A stretch of DNA of 64,000 bases, from NCBI RefSeq assembly GCF_964355755.1, contig NC_092672.1:17001237-17065236 (forward strand), read 5' to 3'. The stretch is from Antedon mediterranea. Its lineage: Eukaryota > Animalia > Echinodermata. The position numbers and the translations under genes were made by a program. The notes beneath the pieces are model-generated. The model saw nothing but the letters and a program-made list of their open reading frames with translations, was not told where the DNA came from and did not search any database. Numbering within the stretch: the stretch's first letter is position 1; every line of letters starts with the position of its first letter. Positions 28,701 to 41,050 of this stretch are shown here, piece after piece.

Positions 28701-31700
28701 TCTCTCTCTCGCTGATCTATCTCTCTCGCTGATCTATCTCTCTCTCGCTGATCTATCTCTCTCTCGCTGATCTATCTCTCTCTCGCTGATCTATCTCTCT
28801 CTCGCTGATCTCTCTCTCTCTCTCTCTCGCTGATTTATCTCTCTCTCTCGCTGATCTATCTCTCTCTCGCTGATCTATCTCTCTGTCGCTGATCTATCTC
28901 TTTCTCGCTGATCTATCTATCTCTCTGTCGCTGATCTATCTCTCTCTCGCTGGTCTATCTCTCTCTCGCTGATCTATCTCCCTCTCTGTCGCTGATCTAT
29001 CAATCTCTCTGTCGCTGATCTATCTCTCTCTCTCTCTCGCTGATCCATCTCTCTCTCTCTCTCGTTAATCTATCTCTCTCTCTCGTTGATCTATCTCTCT
29101 CTCTCGCTGATCTATCTCTCTCTCGCTGATCTATCTCTCTCTCTCTCGCTGATCTATCTCTCTGTCGCTGATCTATCTCTCTCTCGCTGATCTATCTCTC
29201 TGTCGCTGATCTATCTCTCTCTCGCTGATCGATCTCTCTCTCGCTGATCTATCTCTCTCTCGCTGATCTATCTCTCTCTCGCTGATCTATCTCTGTCTCG
29301 CTGATCTACCTCTCTCTCTCTCGCTGATCTATCTCTCTCTCGCTGATCTATCTCTCTCTCTCTGATCTATCTCTCTCTCACGCTGATCTATCTCTCTCTC
29401 GCTGATCTATCTCTCTCGCTGATCTATCTCTCTCTCATTGATCTATCTCTTTCTCGCTGATCTATATCTCTCTCGCTGATCTATCTCTCTGTCGCTGATC
29501 TATCTCTCTCTCGCTGATCTATCTCTCTCTCTCGCTGATCTATCTCTCTGTCGCTGATCTATCTCTCTCTCGCTGTTCTATCTCTCTGTCGCTGATCTAT
29601 CTCTCTCTCTCGCTGATCTATCTCTCTCTCGCTGATCTATCTCTCTCTCACTGGTCTATCTCTCTCTCGCTGATGTATCTCTCTCTCGCTGATCTATCTC
29701 TCTCTCGCTGATCTATCTCTCTCTCGCTGATCTATCTCTCTGTTGCTGATCTATCTCTCTCTCGCTGATCTATCTCTCTGTCGCTGATCTATCTCTCTCT
29801 CGCTGATCTATCTATTTCTCTCTCGCTGATCTATATCTCTCTCGCTGATCTATCTATCTCTCTGTTGCTGATCTATCTCTCTCTCGCTGATCTATCTATC
29901 TCTCTCTCGCTGATCTATCTCTCTCTCGCTGATCTATCTATCTCTCTCTCGCTGATCTATCTCTCTCTCGCTGATCTATCTCTCTCGCTGATCTATCTCT
30001 CTCTCGCTGATCTATCTCTCTATCGCTGATCTATCTCTCTCTCTGTCGCTGATCTATCTCTCTGTCGCTGATCTATCTCTCTCGCTGATCTATCTATCTC
30101 TCTCTCGCTGATCTATATCTCTCTCGCTGATCTGTCTATCTCTCTGTCGCTGATCTATCTCTCTCTCGCTGATCGATCTATCTATCTCTCTCTCGCTGAT
30201 CTATCTCTCTCTCGCTGATCTATTTATCTCTCTCGCTGATCTATCTCTCTCTCGCTGATCTATCTCTCTCTCACTGGTCTATCTCTCTCTCGCTGATGTA
30301 TCTCTCTCTCGCTGATCTATCTCTCTCTCGCTGATCTATCTCTCTCTCGCTGATCTATCTCTCTGTTGCTGATCTATCTCTCTCTCGCTGATCTATCTCT
30401 CTGTCGCTGATCTATCTCTCTATCGCTGATCTATCTATTTCTCTCTCGCTGATCTATATCTCTCTCGCTGATCTATCTATCTCTCTGTTGCTGATCTATC
30501 TCTCTCTCGCTGATCTATCTATCTCTCTCTCGCTGATCTATCTCTCTCTCGCTGATCTATCTATCTCTCTCTCGCTGATCTATCTCTCTCTCGCTGATCT
30601 ATCTCTCTCGCTGATCTATCTCTCTCTCGCTGATCTATCTCTCTATCGCTGATCTATCTCTCTCTCTGTCGCTGATCTATCTCTCTGTCGCTGATCTATC
30701 TCTCTCGCTGATCTATCTATCTCTCTCTCGCTGATCTATATCTCTCTCGCTGATCTGTCTATCTCTCTGTCGCTGATCTATCTCTCTCTCGCTGATCGAT
30801 CTATCTATCTCTCTCTCGCTGATCTATCTCTCTCTCGCTGATCTATCTATCTCTCTCTCGCTGATCTATCTCTCTCTCTCGCTTTTCTATCTCTCTCTCG
30901 CTGATCTATCTCTCTCTCGCTGATCTATCTCTCTCTCGCTGATCTATCTCTCTCTCGCTGATCTATCTCTCTCTCTCGCTGATCTATCTCTTTCTCTCGC
31001 TGATCTATCTCTCTCTCTCTCTCGCTGATGTAACTCTCTCTCCTCGCTCGCTGATCTATCTCTCTCTTGCTGATCTATCTCTCTCTCGCTGATCTATCTC
31101 TCTCTCGCTGATCTATCTCTCTCGCTGATCTATCTTTCTCTCGCTGATCTATCTCTCTCGCTGAACTATCTCTCTCTCGGTGATCTATCTCTCTCTCGCT
31201 GATCTATCTCCCTCTCGCTGATCTATATCTCTCTCGCTGATCTATCTCTATCTTGCTGATCTATCTCTCTCTCGCTGATCTATATCTCTCTCTCGCTGAT
31301 CTATCTTTCTCTCGCTGATATATATTTCTCTCGCTGATCTATCTCTCTCTTGCTGATCTATCTCTCTCTCGCTGATCTATCTCTCTCTCGCTGATCTATC
31401 TCTCTCTCCCGCTGATCTATCTCTCTCTCGCTGATCTATCTCTCTCTCGCTGATCTGTCTCTCTCTCGCTGATCTATCTCTCTCGCTGATCTATCTCTCT
31501 CTCGCTGATCTATCTCTCTCTCCTCTCGCTGATCTATCTCTCTCTCGCTGATCTTTCTCTCTCGCTGATATATCTCTCTCTCGCTGATCTATCTCTCTCT
31601 CTCGCTGATCTATCTCTCTGTAGCTGATCTATCTCTCTCTCTCGCTGATCTTTCTATCTGTCTCTCGCTGATCTATCTCTCTGATCTATCTCTCTCACTC

Positions 31701-32272
31701 TCGCTTATCTATCTCTCTCGCTGATCTATCTCTCTCTCGCTGATCTATCTCTCTCTCGCTGATCTATCTCTCTCTCGCGGATCTATCTCTCTCTCGCTGA
31801 TCTATCTCTCTCTCGCTGATCTATCTCTCTCTCACTGATCTATCTCTCTGTAGCTGATCTATCTCTCTCTCTTGCTGATCTTTCTCTCTCTCGCTGATCT
31901 ATCTATCTCTCTATCGCTGATCTATCTCTCTCTCGCTGATCTATCTATCTCTCTGTCGCTGATCTATCTCTCTCTCGCTGATCTATCTATCTCTCTGTCG
32001 CTGATCTATCTCTCTCTCGCTGATCTATCTATCTCTCTGTCGCTGATCTATCTCTCTCTCGCTGATCTATCTATCTCTCTCTCGCTGATATATCTCTCTC
32101 TCGCTGATCTATCTATATCTCTGTCGCTGATCTATCTCTCTCTCGTTGATCTATCTATCTCTCTCTCGCTGATCTATCTCTCTCTTGCTGATCTATCTAT
32201 CTCTCTCTCTCTCTCTGATCTATCTCTCTCGCTGATCTATCTCTCTCTCGCTGATCTATCTCTCTCTCGCTG
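4701..32272. repeat. 27.5-kb satellite array of the same ~19-bp unit with higher-order duplications
   Basis: Continuous tandem array. Rare variant monomers recur at fixed offsets (e.g. 19467/23052 and 19981/23566, both 3585 bp apart). Confidence 0.98.
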
Positions 32273-32434
32273 ATAGAAAATATGCAAAAACGAGAAACCG
32301 ATATGGTTTCTACGTTTCAAGACAGTTTGCTTTCGATGGCCGATACTTTGCGTGATGAGATGCGCCAACAACTGACAAAACGAAAGCGTCTTCCTCAATG
32401 CGGCAATATTAAGAAAAAACAACGAATCCATTGA
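32273..32434 (+). pseudogene. 3' fragment of a duplicate of the 38128..39702 gene, 5'-truncated by the satellite
   Basis: Near-identical to 39541..39702 (offset 7268 bp); encodes IENMQKRE...KKKQRIH*. Confidence 0.92.
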
Positions 32435-33680
32435 CTTTAAAAAAAAACAAACATTGTTGTTGTTTTTGTAGTAATTTTGTTGTTGTTAGTAATTTTTTAT
32501 TGTACAAATCAATGCCGTAATTGTAGTAGTAGTAATAGTAGTAGTGATAATAATAATAATTAAACGTTTCATTATTTCTATTTATAATTTATTGTACAAA
32601 TCAATGCAATTTTAACGTTGCGTCTACCTCAATATAATAGTAACAACGAATTCATTAAGAAAACTAAAAATTGTAGTGTAGTAATAATCAATTCAATGCC
32701 GCAATAAACATTGTAGTAATAGTAGTGATAATACAATTAAACGTTTGAAAGAAAAAAAAAATATTGTGTTTTTTCTCTCTTCCAACGCGATGACGACGAC
32801 GACGACAGAATTTTATGTGATTGTGAGAATGTTGATGAAGAAATAAAGAGAGAGAGAGAGAGACATGGATACGGTTTGCTTAGACACCCATGGATATTGA
32901 CACCGTCAGTCCAGTCAAAAAATCACCCTCACCATGGTATAAGAACGTACCCTAATAAAATTTCATCCGTAGGTTCTATGTATATAGGTAATAACATTTC
33001 TTGATGGTTGCGTCTTGCAAAACTTGGGATTTTACGAGAAAATTAGACTTTTTATACCCAATTTATAACCGCCTCATGTCGTATTATTGTGTACAGCGAA
33101 TGCGACGAAGCGTGACTGAAATTACGAGACGCCGTTAGCGCCCGTTGAAAAATGCATTAACAAAGCTAAAAACGTACAAAATTAATAGTTTATACAAAAA
33201 TTTAAATATAGTTTACAATAAATTGTATAATAAAATACATAACATTATAAACAAAACCCAATTATAAACTAAAATATTTACAGATATGTGTTTAAAAATG
33301 TACAAATCAAAATGGCCTTTCATAGAATAAAGTGCGCCCTCACGCGTCATACTTTTATCGGACTTGTATGAATGATTATAATATACGAAACCCGATGCGG
33401 TTTGTTAGTTATTGCCTCTGCAAGAGGCAGAATATTATTATTATATTTTCACAAATATATTTCTAGTTTTTATTATGGAAAAAAAAAAGGATTGTATATA
33501 TTTAAACACATTAAAACCTCCAGTCTACCATCATGATGGATTAAGTGAAGCGCCGTATTGTATCTGCTAAACGGTAATGATCTCCTAGTTATCTGGTTAG
33601 CCTATATTCTTGACATTCTTTTTCTAACAGCATTACTTGCGCGGATATCACAATGCATTGTTTATTCGCGATTATAGTCA
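32273..33680 (+). repeat. ~1.4-kb direct repeat, copy 1 (copy 2 at ~39541..41050)
   Basis: Colinear and near-identical at offset ~7268 bp, diverging after ~40680. Confidence 0.9.
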
Positions 33681-36600
33681 ATGTTAAGTTGAGTAAGCCG
33701 CGCAATCAGTAACATGCATAACATGCCGTGCATTCATCGCGCGTTGTATAATTATTATACATGGTTTCTTAAATCCAAACACACTCTTATTCTAGAATGT
33801 TCATGTAGATACATACACCGTCTCTTTACCGATCGAGTTGATACGGTCGTGCAATCAGTAAGAGGCATAACATGCCGTGCATTCATCGCGTGTTGTATAC
33901 CGAGAGAACCAATTTAAAATATTGTTTACTTCGAGAAGAAGCAATACACCGTCTCTTTTTACCGATCGAGTTGATACGGTCGCGCAATCAGTAACAGGCA
34001 TAACATGCCGTGCATTCATCGCGTGTTGTATATATACAATAATGTTTATAACTTTCCAGATCATACTTCTTATTCTATTCGATTACAGTTTCTAATGATA
34101 GCATACTTCAGGAAACAGCGCGAGTCAATGTTTTCAAGCATTCAGTTCACCCAAACGGAGAGAGAACACTACCCGTTCCCTCTTCTTGTATACGATATGT
34201 TCGTAACCTTCTAGATGATACTTCTTACTCTATTGGTATTACAGTTTCTAATCATACTTTTGGAATGTTTCTGATTGTTCTTATAATAATTATTATACAC
34301 GGTTTCTTAAAATCTAAACACATTCTAGAATGTCCATGTACATGTTACTGTATAATGTTGGAAAATTTTATGATGACGGTTAAACATATTCAATACCGAG
34401 TGGCAGAGGCACGCATTATAGGCGAGATATAATATTATCTAACTTGCCGTTTAAGACAATTGCATTGGTTCGATGTATGAAATGACCCTTTAACAGTTGT
34501 ATGACAAAACCATTCTTCAATACTCCCGCACCAATGGACAATGCATGTCTCTTATTGTAAACGCTTTCAACTTGGTCATCTGTCATCATTGTTTAGAACA
34601 AAAAAAAGACAGAAAACTGGTACCCGTTTGCATTCATTGGATGTATGAAATGACCCTTTTAACAGTTTTATGAGAAAATTATTCTTCAATACACGCGCAC
34701 CAAAGAGGACAGTGCGTGTCTGTTATTGTAAACGCATTCGACTTGGTCATCTGTCATCGATAATTCTTTAGAACAAAAAAGAGACAGAAAACTGGTACCC
34801 GTTTGCATTCGTTTAATCAATTCAATGCCGCAATTTGTAGTAATAGTAGTGATAATACAATTAAACGTTTGAAAGAAAAAAAAAATATTGTGTTTTTTCT
34901 CTCTTCCAACGCGATGACGACGACGACAGAATGTTATGTGATTGTGAGAATGTTGATAAAGAGAGAGAGAGAGAGAGAGAGACATGGATACGGTTTGCTT
35001 AGACACCCATGGATATTGAATGTTGAGTCCAGTCAAAAAATCACCCTCACCATGGTATAAGAACGTACCCTAATAAAATTTCATCCGTAGGTTCTATGTA
35101 TATAGGTAATAACATTTCTTGATGTTGCGTCTTGCAAAACTTGGGATTTTACGAGAAAATTAGACTTTTTATACCCAATTTATAACCGTCTCATGTCGTA
35201 TTATTGTGTACAGCGAATGCGACGAAGCGTGACTGAAATTACGAGACGCCGTTAGCGCCCGTTGAAAAATGCATTAACAAAGCTAAAAACCTACAAAATT
35301 AATAGTTTATACAAAAATTTAAATATAGTTTACAATAAATTGTATAATAAAATACATAAAATTATAAAGAAAACCCAATTATAAACTAAAATATTTACAG
35401 ATATGTGTTTAAAAATGTACAAATCAAAATGGCCTTTCATAGAATAAAGTGCGCCCTCACGCGTCATACTTTTATCGGACTTGTATGAATGATTATAATA
35501 TACAAGGCATTAATATACAAAACCCGATGCGGTTTGTTAGTTTATTGCCTCTGCAAGAGGCAGAATTTTATTATTATATTTTCACAAATGTATTTCTAGT
35601 TTTTATCATGGAAAAAAAAAAGGATTGTATATATTTAAACACATTACAACCTCCAGTCTACCATCATGATGGATTAAGTGAAGCGCCGTATTGTATCTGC
35701 TAAAGCGTAATGATCTCCTAGTTGTCTGGTTAGCCTATATTCTGGACATTCTTTTTTTAACAGCATTACTTGCGCGGATATCACAATGCATTGTTTATTC
35801 GCGATTATAGTCAATGTTAAGTTGAGTAAGCCGCGCAATCAGTAACATGCATAACATGCCGTGCATTCATCGCGCGTTGTATAATTATTATACATGGTTT
35901 CTTAAATCCAAACACACTCTTATTCTAGAATGTTCATGTAGATACATACACCGTCTCTTTACCGATCGAGTTGATACGGTCGTGCAATCAATAAGAGGCA
36001 TAACATGCCGTGCATTCGTCGCCTGTTGTATATATACAATAATGTTTATAACTTTCCAGATCATACTTCTTATTCTATTCGATTACAGTTTCTAATGATA
36101 GCATACTTTAGGAAACAGCGCGAGTCAATGTTTTCAAGCATTCAGTTCACCCAAACGGAGAGAGAACACTACCCGTTCCCTCTTCTTCCTTGTATACGAT
36201 ATGTTCGTAACCTTCTAGATGATACTTCTTACTCTATTGGTATTACAGTTTCTAATCATACTTTTGGAATGTTTCTGATTGTTCTTATAATAATTATTAT
36301 ACACGGTTTCTTAAAATCTAAACACATTCTAGAATGTCCATGTACATGTTACTGTATAATGTTGGAAAATTTTATGATGACGGTTAAACATATTCAATAC
36401 CGAGTGGCAGAGGCACGCATTATAGGCGAGATATATTATCTAACTTGCCGTTTAAGACAATTGCATTGGTTCGATGTATGAAATGACCCTTTAACAGTTG
36501 TATGACAAAACCATTCTTCAATACTCCCGCACCAATGGACAATGCATGTCTCTTATTGTAAACGCTTTCAACTTGGTCATCTGTCATCATTGTTTAGAAC

Positions 36601-36810
36601 AAAAAAGAGACAGAAAACTGGTACCCGTTTGCATTCATTGGATGTATGAAATGACCCTTTTAACAGTTTTATGAGAAAATTATTCTTCAATACACGCGCA
36701 CCAAAGAGGACAGTGCGTGGCTGTTATTGTAAACGCATTCAACTTGGTCATCTGTCATCGATAATTCTTTAGAACAAAAAAGAGACAGAAAACTGGTACC
36801 CGTTTGCATT
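32690..36810 (+). repeat. Tandem duplication of a ~2.1-kb AT-rich noncoding unit (~32690-34810 and ~34815-36810) with internal ~165-bp and ~139-bp subrepeats
   Basis: GAGACATGGATACGG at ~32862 and ~34981; identical spurious ORF starts at 33714/35847 and 34005/36005; subrepeat GATGTATGAAATGACCCTT at ~34472, 34640, 36474, 36641, with variants at 36817 and 37269. Confidence 0.9.
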
Positions 36811-37498
36811 TGGTCGATATATGAAATGACCCTTTAACCGTTTTATGAGAAAATTATTCTTCAATACACCCAGCACAAAGGAGGACAGTGTCATGGTCAT
36901 TGGTCATCATCAATCATTCGTTCGATAATTCTTTAGAACAAAAATAATAGATACTTTTGGAATGTTTTTATAATAATTATTATACACGGTTTCTTAAAAT
37001 CTAAACACATTCTAGAATGTTCATTTAGATGTTACAGTATATAAAATTAGGAAATAGTAATTCATTACCTCTACCGCTCTCAATCACATGATAATCTTTT
37101 AACGAAGGAGGGTGAGTTGAAATTGGTTTAGAACTTGATACCAAGGTTCATTATACGATGGCAAACGATGCCAAAACATTTTCAATACCGATACAGTTGC
37201 CAAAGGTGCGCATTATAGGAGGCGCGTTATAATATCTAACTTGCCGTTTAAGACAATTGCATTCATTCGATGTATGAAATGATCTTTAACAGTTTTATGA
37301 CAAAACTATTCTTCAATACCCACGCACCAAGGACAGTGCATGTATTTTATTGTAAACGCATTAAACTTGGTCATTTCTTATTTATATGCACATATTATTT
37401 ATTTTTGAAAAAAAAAAAAAACATAATCATTCAACAACAACAACGCTGTTATATATGTATTATCAAATACAAATGTTTTCAACTGCCTCTCGCTTGAA

Positions 37499-37902
37499 TC
37501 ACATGATGTCTTGTAACGAAGGAGGGTGAGTGGAATGATTAGGTAGACTTGAGTTCAAGGTCCATATGATGCAAACGACGACGATGATGATGATTCCAAA
37601 CAGCAATCCTGCAATAGACCATCTCTTTGCCGATCGTGCTGATCTGGCTGCACCCTCACCGTCACCGTAGTCGAACTTTCTCGAACTCTGTAAAAGTAAA
37701 AGAATAGAAACTAAAATAGATTAAAAAAAATTTAAAAAAAAGTGTTGATGGGATGAGGTTGTAGAGGAAATAGATTACTTACATCTACGCTGTACACGAT
37801 TCCTATAATACCGAATGGAATACAGCATAATAAAGTCACGAGTATAGCTGAAATCAGGTAATTGTTAGGTCTTCTCGCCACTATACGGGAAACAGATTGC
37901 AT
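37499..37902 (-). CDS. CD225/dispanin (IFITM/PRRT1-like) membrane protein, two exons: complement(join(37499..37687,37783..37902)), 102 aa
   Basis: Exon 1 reads MQSVSRIVARRPNNYLISAILVTLLCCIPFGIIGIVYSVD. A phase-0 GTAAGT...TTTTACAG intron (37688..37782) is followed by exon 2, SSRKFDYGDGEGAARSARSAKRWSIAGLLFGIIIIVVVCIIW. This matches the CD225 pattern (CC-x-P-x-G; GD-x-EGA...S..AK.W). Confidence 0.9.
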
Positions 37903-38063
37903 GACAAAAGCATTCTCTTTCTCTCCAATGTACACGTACACAAATACACTCTAATCGATACTCTTATTGCATTACGAAAAACAGCAGCGTGAACAAAAAA
38001 AAAAACAAAAAAACAACGCATCATCTTCAAATGGTAGTCAACACCGCTTATTCAAGCTGGACG

Positions 38064-38092
38064 TTGATTGGCTGTTTGGGTCTTTATATACG
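38064..38092 (+). promoter_or_regulatory. Putative RNA Pol II promoter (reverse CCAAT box ATTGG plus TATA-like TTTATATA) in the divergent dispanin/38128 gap
   Basis: TTTATATA at ~38083-38090, ~40 bp upstream of ATG 38128; ATTGG at ~38067. Confidence 0.4.
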
Positions 38093-38127
38093 TTAACTCG
38101 CTCACCGTGCATTCGTCAGTAGTCATC

Positions 38128-39702
38128 ATGGATCATTGCGATATGGACATGTTTTTAGAAAACCTATTAGCGTTCGATTCAACAGACGACGACATATTAA
38201 AGACGGCAATGTTGGAATTGCAAGACCCGGTCGAACCAGTTTTCATGGAGTACCAACAAGAAGATGATATAGCATCAGAACAACAACCACACCCATCACC
38301 ACCACCACCGACGCCGCAAGAATCAACAAAGGCAAACACGATGATAAATGTTCGAGGCAGTCTCGGTAAACTAATTGCTTTCTGCGATGGATCTGAACAT
38401 ACACTAACGCAATCATACGGTCGAATGATCGGATCTTTGCAAAAGGCAAAAGGACGCATGCACGAGATGCCAATGTTATTGATGTGTACGGACGGTGAAG
38501 AAGAGTACGCGGTTGTTGCAAGTGTTCTGGAATCATCGCGACTTGTCGAATCTACAATTGAAAATCAAGTCATGAGTGTACTTGGAGAAAACAATAGGAA
38601 AACAATAATGCAGCAATACGGTAGGGACAACGTGTTTATGAACGTTTCTTCACGAAATAAAAACTGTGTTGCTGACTTTGTCGGCGCCGATGTATCGACG
38701 ATGCCCGTGCCGATTTTTGACATAATAAATGGCGACGTGAAACGTATTTGTTTCTATATGGCACTCGGCTGTCTCTACAGTCCACAATGCGATGATGATG
38801 TTGCGTCGTCGTCGTCGTCGTCGTCGCCGCCGATGAATGGCGTTCAACTTAGAACTCCAAATGGAGTTGTCTATACGGCCGCCATCATGCCGATAACTGT
38901 AAAACGACGCATGCGACTAGAGTTGACTCTGGATAACGAATTGGACAACGGTAAACTGGAAGAGTTGCAAATTACGGTGACCAACAACAACCGTATATTG
39001 TTATTGCATAAACAAGAAAAAAGAACCTATCACTGCGGTGCGGACATGAAGTATCCCATAACTTTGCACGGTGCCTTTTCCACACCGTGCGCATCGGAGA
39101 AAAAGAATGGTGTTGCCACCGCCATTGCGAATATTGCCAAAACCAATTCAATCAACAAAACACTATTTGCTAGATTTGTTGGACGAGCGATGGAATCACA
39201 TGCAAGCAGTGATTGGACTGCCATAATAAACATTCTTCAGATATCAGATCAAATGACGAAATTAAAAGAAAAATGTGAGTACAAACGAAAACGAATCTTA
39301 AAAGATTCTCTAATAGACAAGTATCCTTCAACAAGAGGTTTTGTTAGTGATGTAAATAATTTACCCTCATCTAACATTGGCATTCAACAACTGATAAGCC
39401 AATTGGAGCAGGCACGCCAAGATTTACGCGAAACAGAGACCAAATTGAGTACTTTACAAACACAATTCAATAACATGTTGATAGAATTCCAAAATCACAT
39501 CACCAAATCGGAAGAAAGAGAAATCAAATATCAACAAGTAATAGAAAATATGCAAAAACGAGAAACCGATATGGTTTCTACGTTTAAAGACAGTTTGCTT
39601 TCGATGGCCGATACTTTGCGTGATGAGATGCGCCAACAACTGACAAAACGAAAGCGTCTTCCTCAATGCGGCAATATTAAGAAAAAACAACGAATCCATT
39701 GA
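38128..39702 (+). CDS. Orphan 524-aa probable nuclear protein (acidic N-terminus, C-terminal coiled coil, basic NLS)
   Basis: Long intronless ORF with first ATG at 38128. It has an acidic/Pro-rich N-terminus, a heptad-like segment QQLISQLEQARQDLRETETKLSTLQ and a C-terminal KRKR...KKKQR. Confidence 0.85.
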   Translation: MDHCDMDMFLENLLAFDSTDDDILKTAMLELQDPVEPVFMEYQQEDDIASEQQPHPSPPPPTPQESTKANTMINVRGSLGKLIAFCDGSEHTLTQSYGRMIGSLQKAKGRMHEMPMLLMCTDGEEEYAVVASVLESSRLVESTIENQVMSVLGENNRKTIMQQYGRDNVFMNVSSRNKNCVADFVGADVSTMPVPIFDIINGDVKRICFYMALGCLYSPQCDDDVASSSSSSSPPMNGVQLRTPNGVVYTAAIMPITVKRRMRLELTLDNELDNGKLEELQITVTNNNRILLLHKQEKRTYHCGADMKYPITLHGAFSTPCASEKKNGVATAIANIAKTNSINKTLFARFVGRAMESHASSDWTAIINILQISDQMTKLKEKCEYKRKRILKDSLIDKYPSTRGFVSDVNNLPSSNIGIQQLISQLEQARQDLRETETKLSTLQTQFNNMLIEFQNHITKSEEREIKYQQVIENMQKRETDMVSTFKDSLLSMADTLRDEMRQQLTKRKRLPQCGNIKKKQRIH

Positions 39703-41050
39703 CTTTAAAAAAAAACAAACATTGTTGTTGTTTTTGTAGTAATTTTGTTGTTGTTAGTAATTTTTTATTGTACAAATCAATGCCGTAATTGTAGTAGTAG
39801 TAATAGTAGTAGTGATAATAATAATAATTAAACGTTTCATTATTTCTATTTATAATTTATTGTACAAATCAATGCAATTTTAACGTTGCGTCTACCTCAA
39901 TATAATAGTAACAACGAATTCATTAAGAAAACTAAAAATTGTAGTGTAGTAATAATCAATTCAATGCCGCAATAAACATTGTAGTAATAGTAGTGATAAT
40001 ACAATTAAACGTTTGAAAGAAAAAAAAAATATTGTGTTTTTTCTCTCTTCCAACGCGATGAAGACGACGACGACAGAATTTTATGTGATTGTGAGAATGT
40101 TGATGAAGAAATAAAGAGAGAGAGAGAGAGACATGGATACGGTTTGCTTAGACACCCATGGATATTGACACCGTCAGTCCAGTCAAAAAATCACCCTCAC
40201 CATGGTATAAGAACGTACCCTAATAAAATTTCATCCGTAGGTTCTATGTATATAGGTAATAACATTTCTTGATGGTTGCGTCTTGCAAAACTTGGGATTT
40301 TACGAGAAAATTAGACTTTTTATACCCAATTTATAACCGCCTCATGTCGTATTATTGTGTACAGCAAATGCGACGAAGCGTGACTGAAATTACGAGACGC
40401 CGTTAGCGCCCGTTGAAAAATGCATTAACAAAGCTAAAAACGTACAAAATTAATAGTTTATACAAAAATTTAAATATAGTTTACAATAAATTGTATAATA
40501 AAATACATAACATTATAAACAAAACCCAATTATAAACTAAAATATTTACAGATATGTGTTTAAAAATGTACAAATCAAAATGGCCTTTCATAGAATAAAG
40601 TGCGCCCTCACGCGTCATACTTTTATCGGACTTGTATGAATGATTATATATATACAAGGCATTAATATACGAAACCCGATGCGGTTTTTGTCATACTTTT
40701 ATCGGACTTGTATGGCCGGATGGTTACACAGTACACGGCATTAATATACGAAACCCGATGCGGTTTGTTAGTTATTGCCTCTGCAAGAGGCAGAATATTA
40801 TTATTATATTTTCACAAATGTATTTATATTTTTTATCATGGAAAAACGGATTGTATATATTTAAACACATTACAACCTCCAGTATACCATCATGATGGAT
40901 TAAGTGTATATTTGTATATCTGCTGAAGCGTAATGATAGATAGTTCCGCTGGTTTTATTTTGGACATTCTTTTTTTTCCACAGCATTAGGCCTACTTGCG
41001 TGAATATCACAATGCATTGCATATTTTGAACTATCATTCGCGATTATAAT
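39541..41050 (+). repeat. ~1.4-kb direct repeat, copy 2
   Basis: Matches 32273..33680. Confidence 0.88.

Noticed and set aside
1-32272. Canonical telomeric repeat
   Set aside because: Not TTAGGG/TTAGG-like; variable monomer length and block duplications fit recombinational satellite growth.
31872-32273. 133-aa ORF (SLADLSISLSLIYL)n
   Set aside because: Translation of alternating 19/23-bp satellite monomers with a TTG start; no sign of a gene.
33708-33732. p53-like response element (TAACATGCATAACATGCC)
   Set aside because: CATG cores are 9 bp apart rather than 10 and flanks mismatch the consensus.
33714-36481. Short ORFs in the 2.1-kb repeats
   Set aside because: AT-rich and low-complexity, with frames differing between copies through indels and stops.
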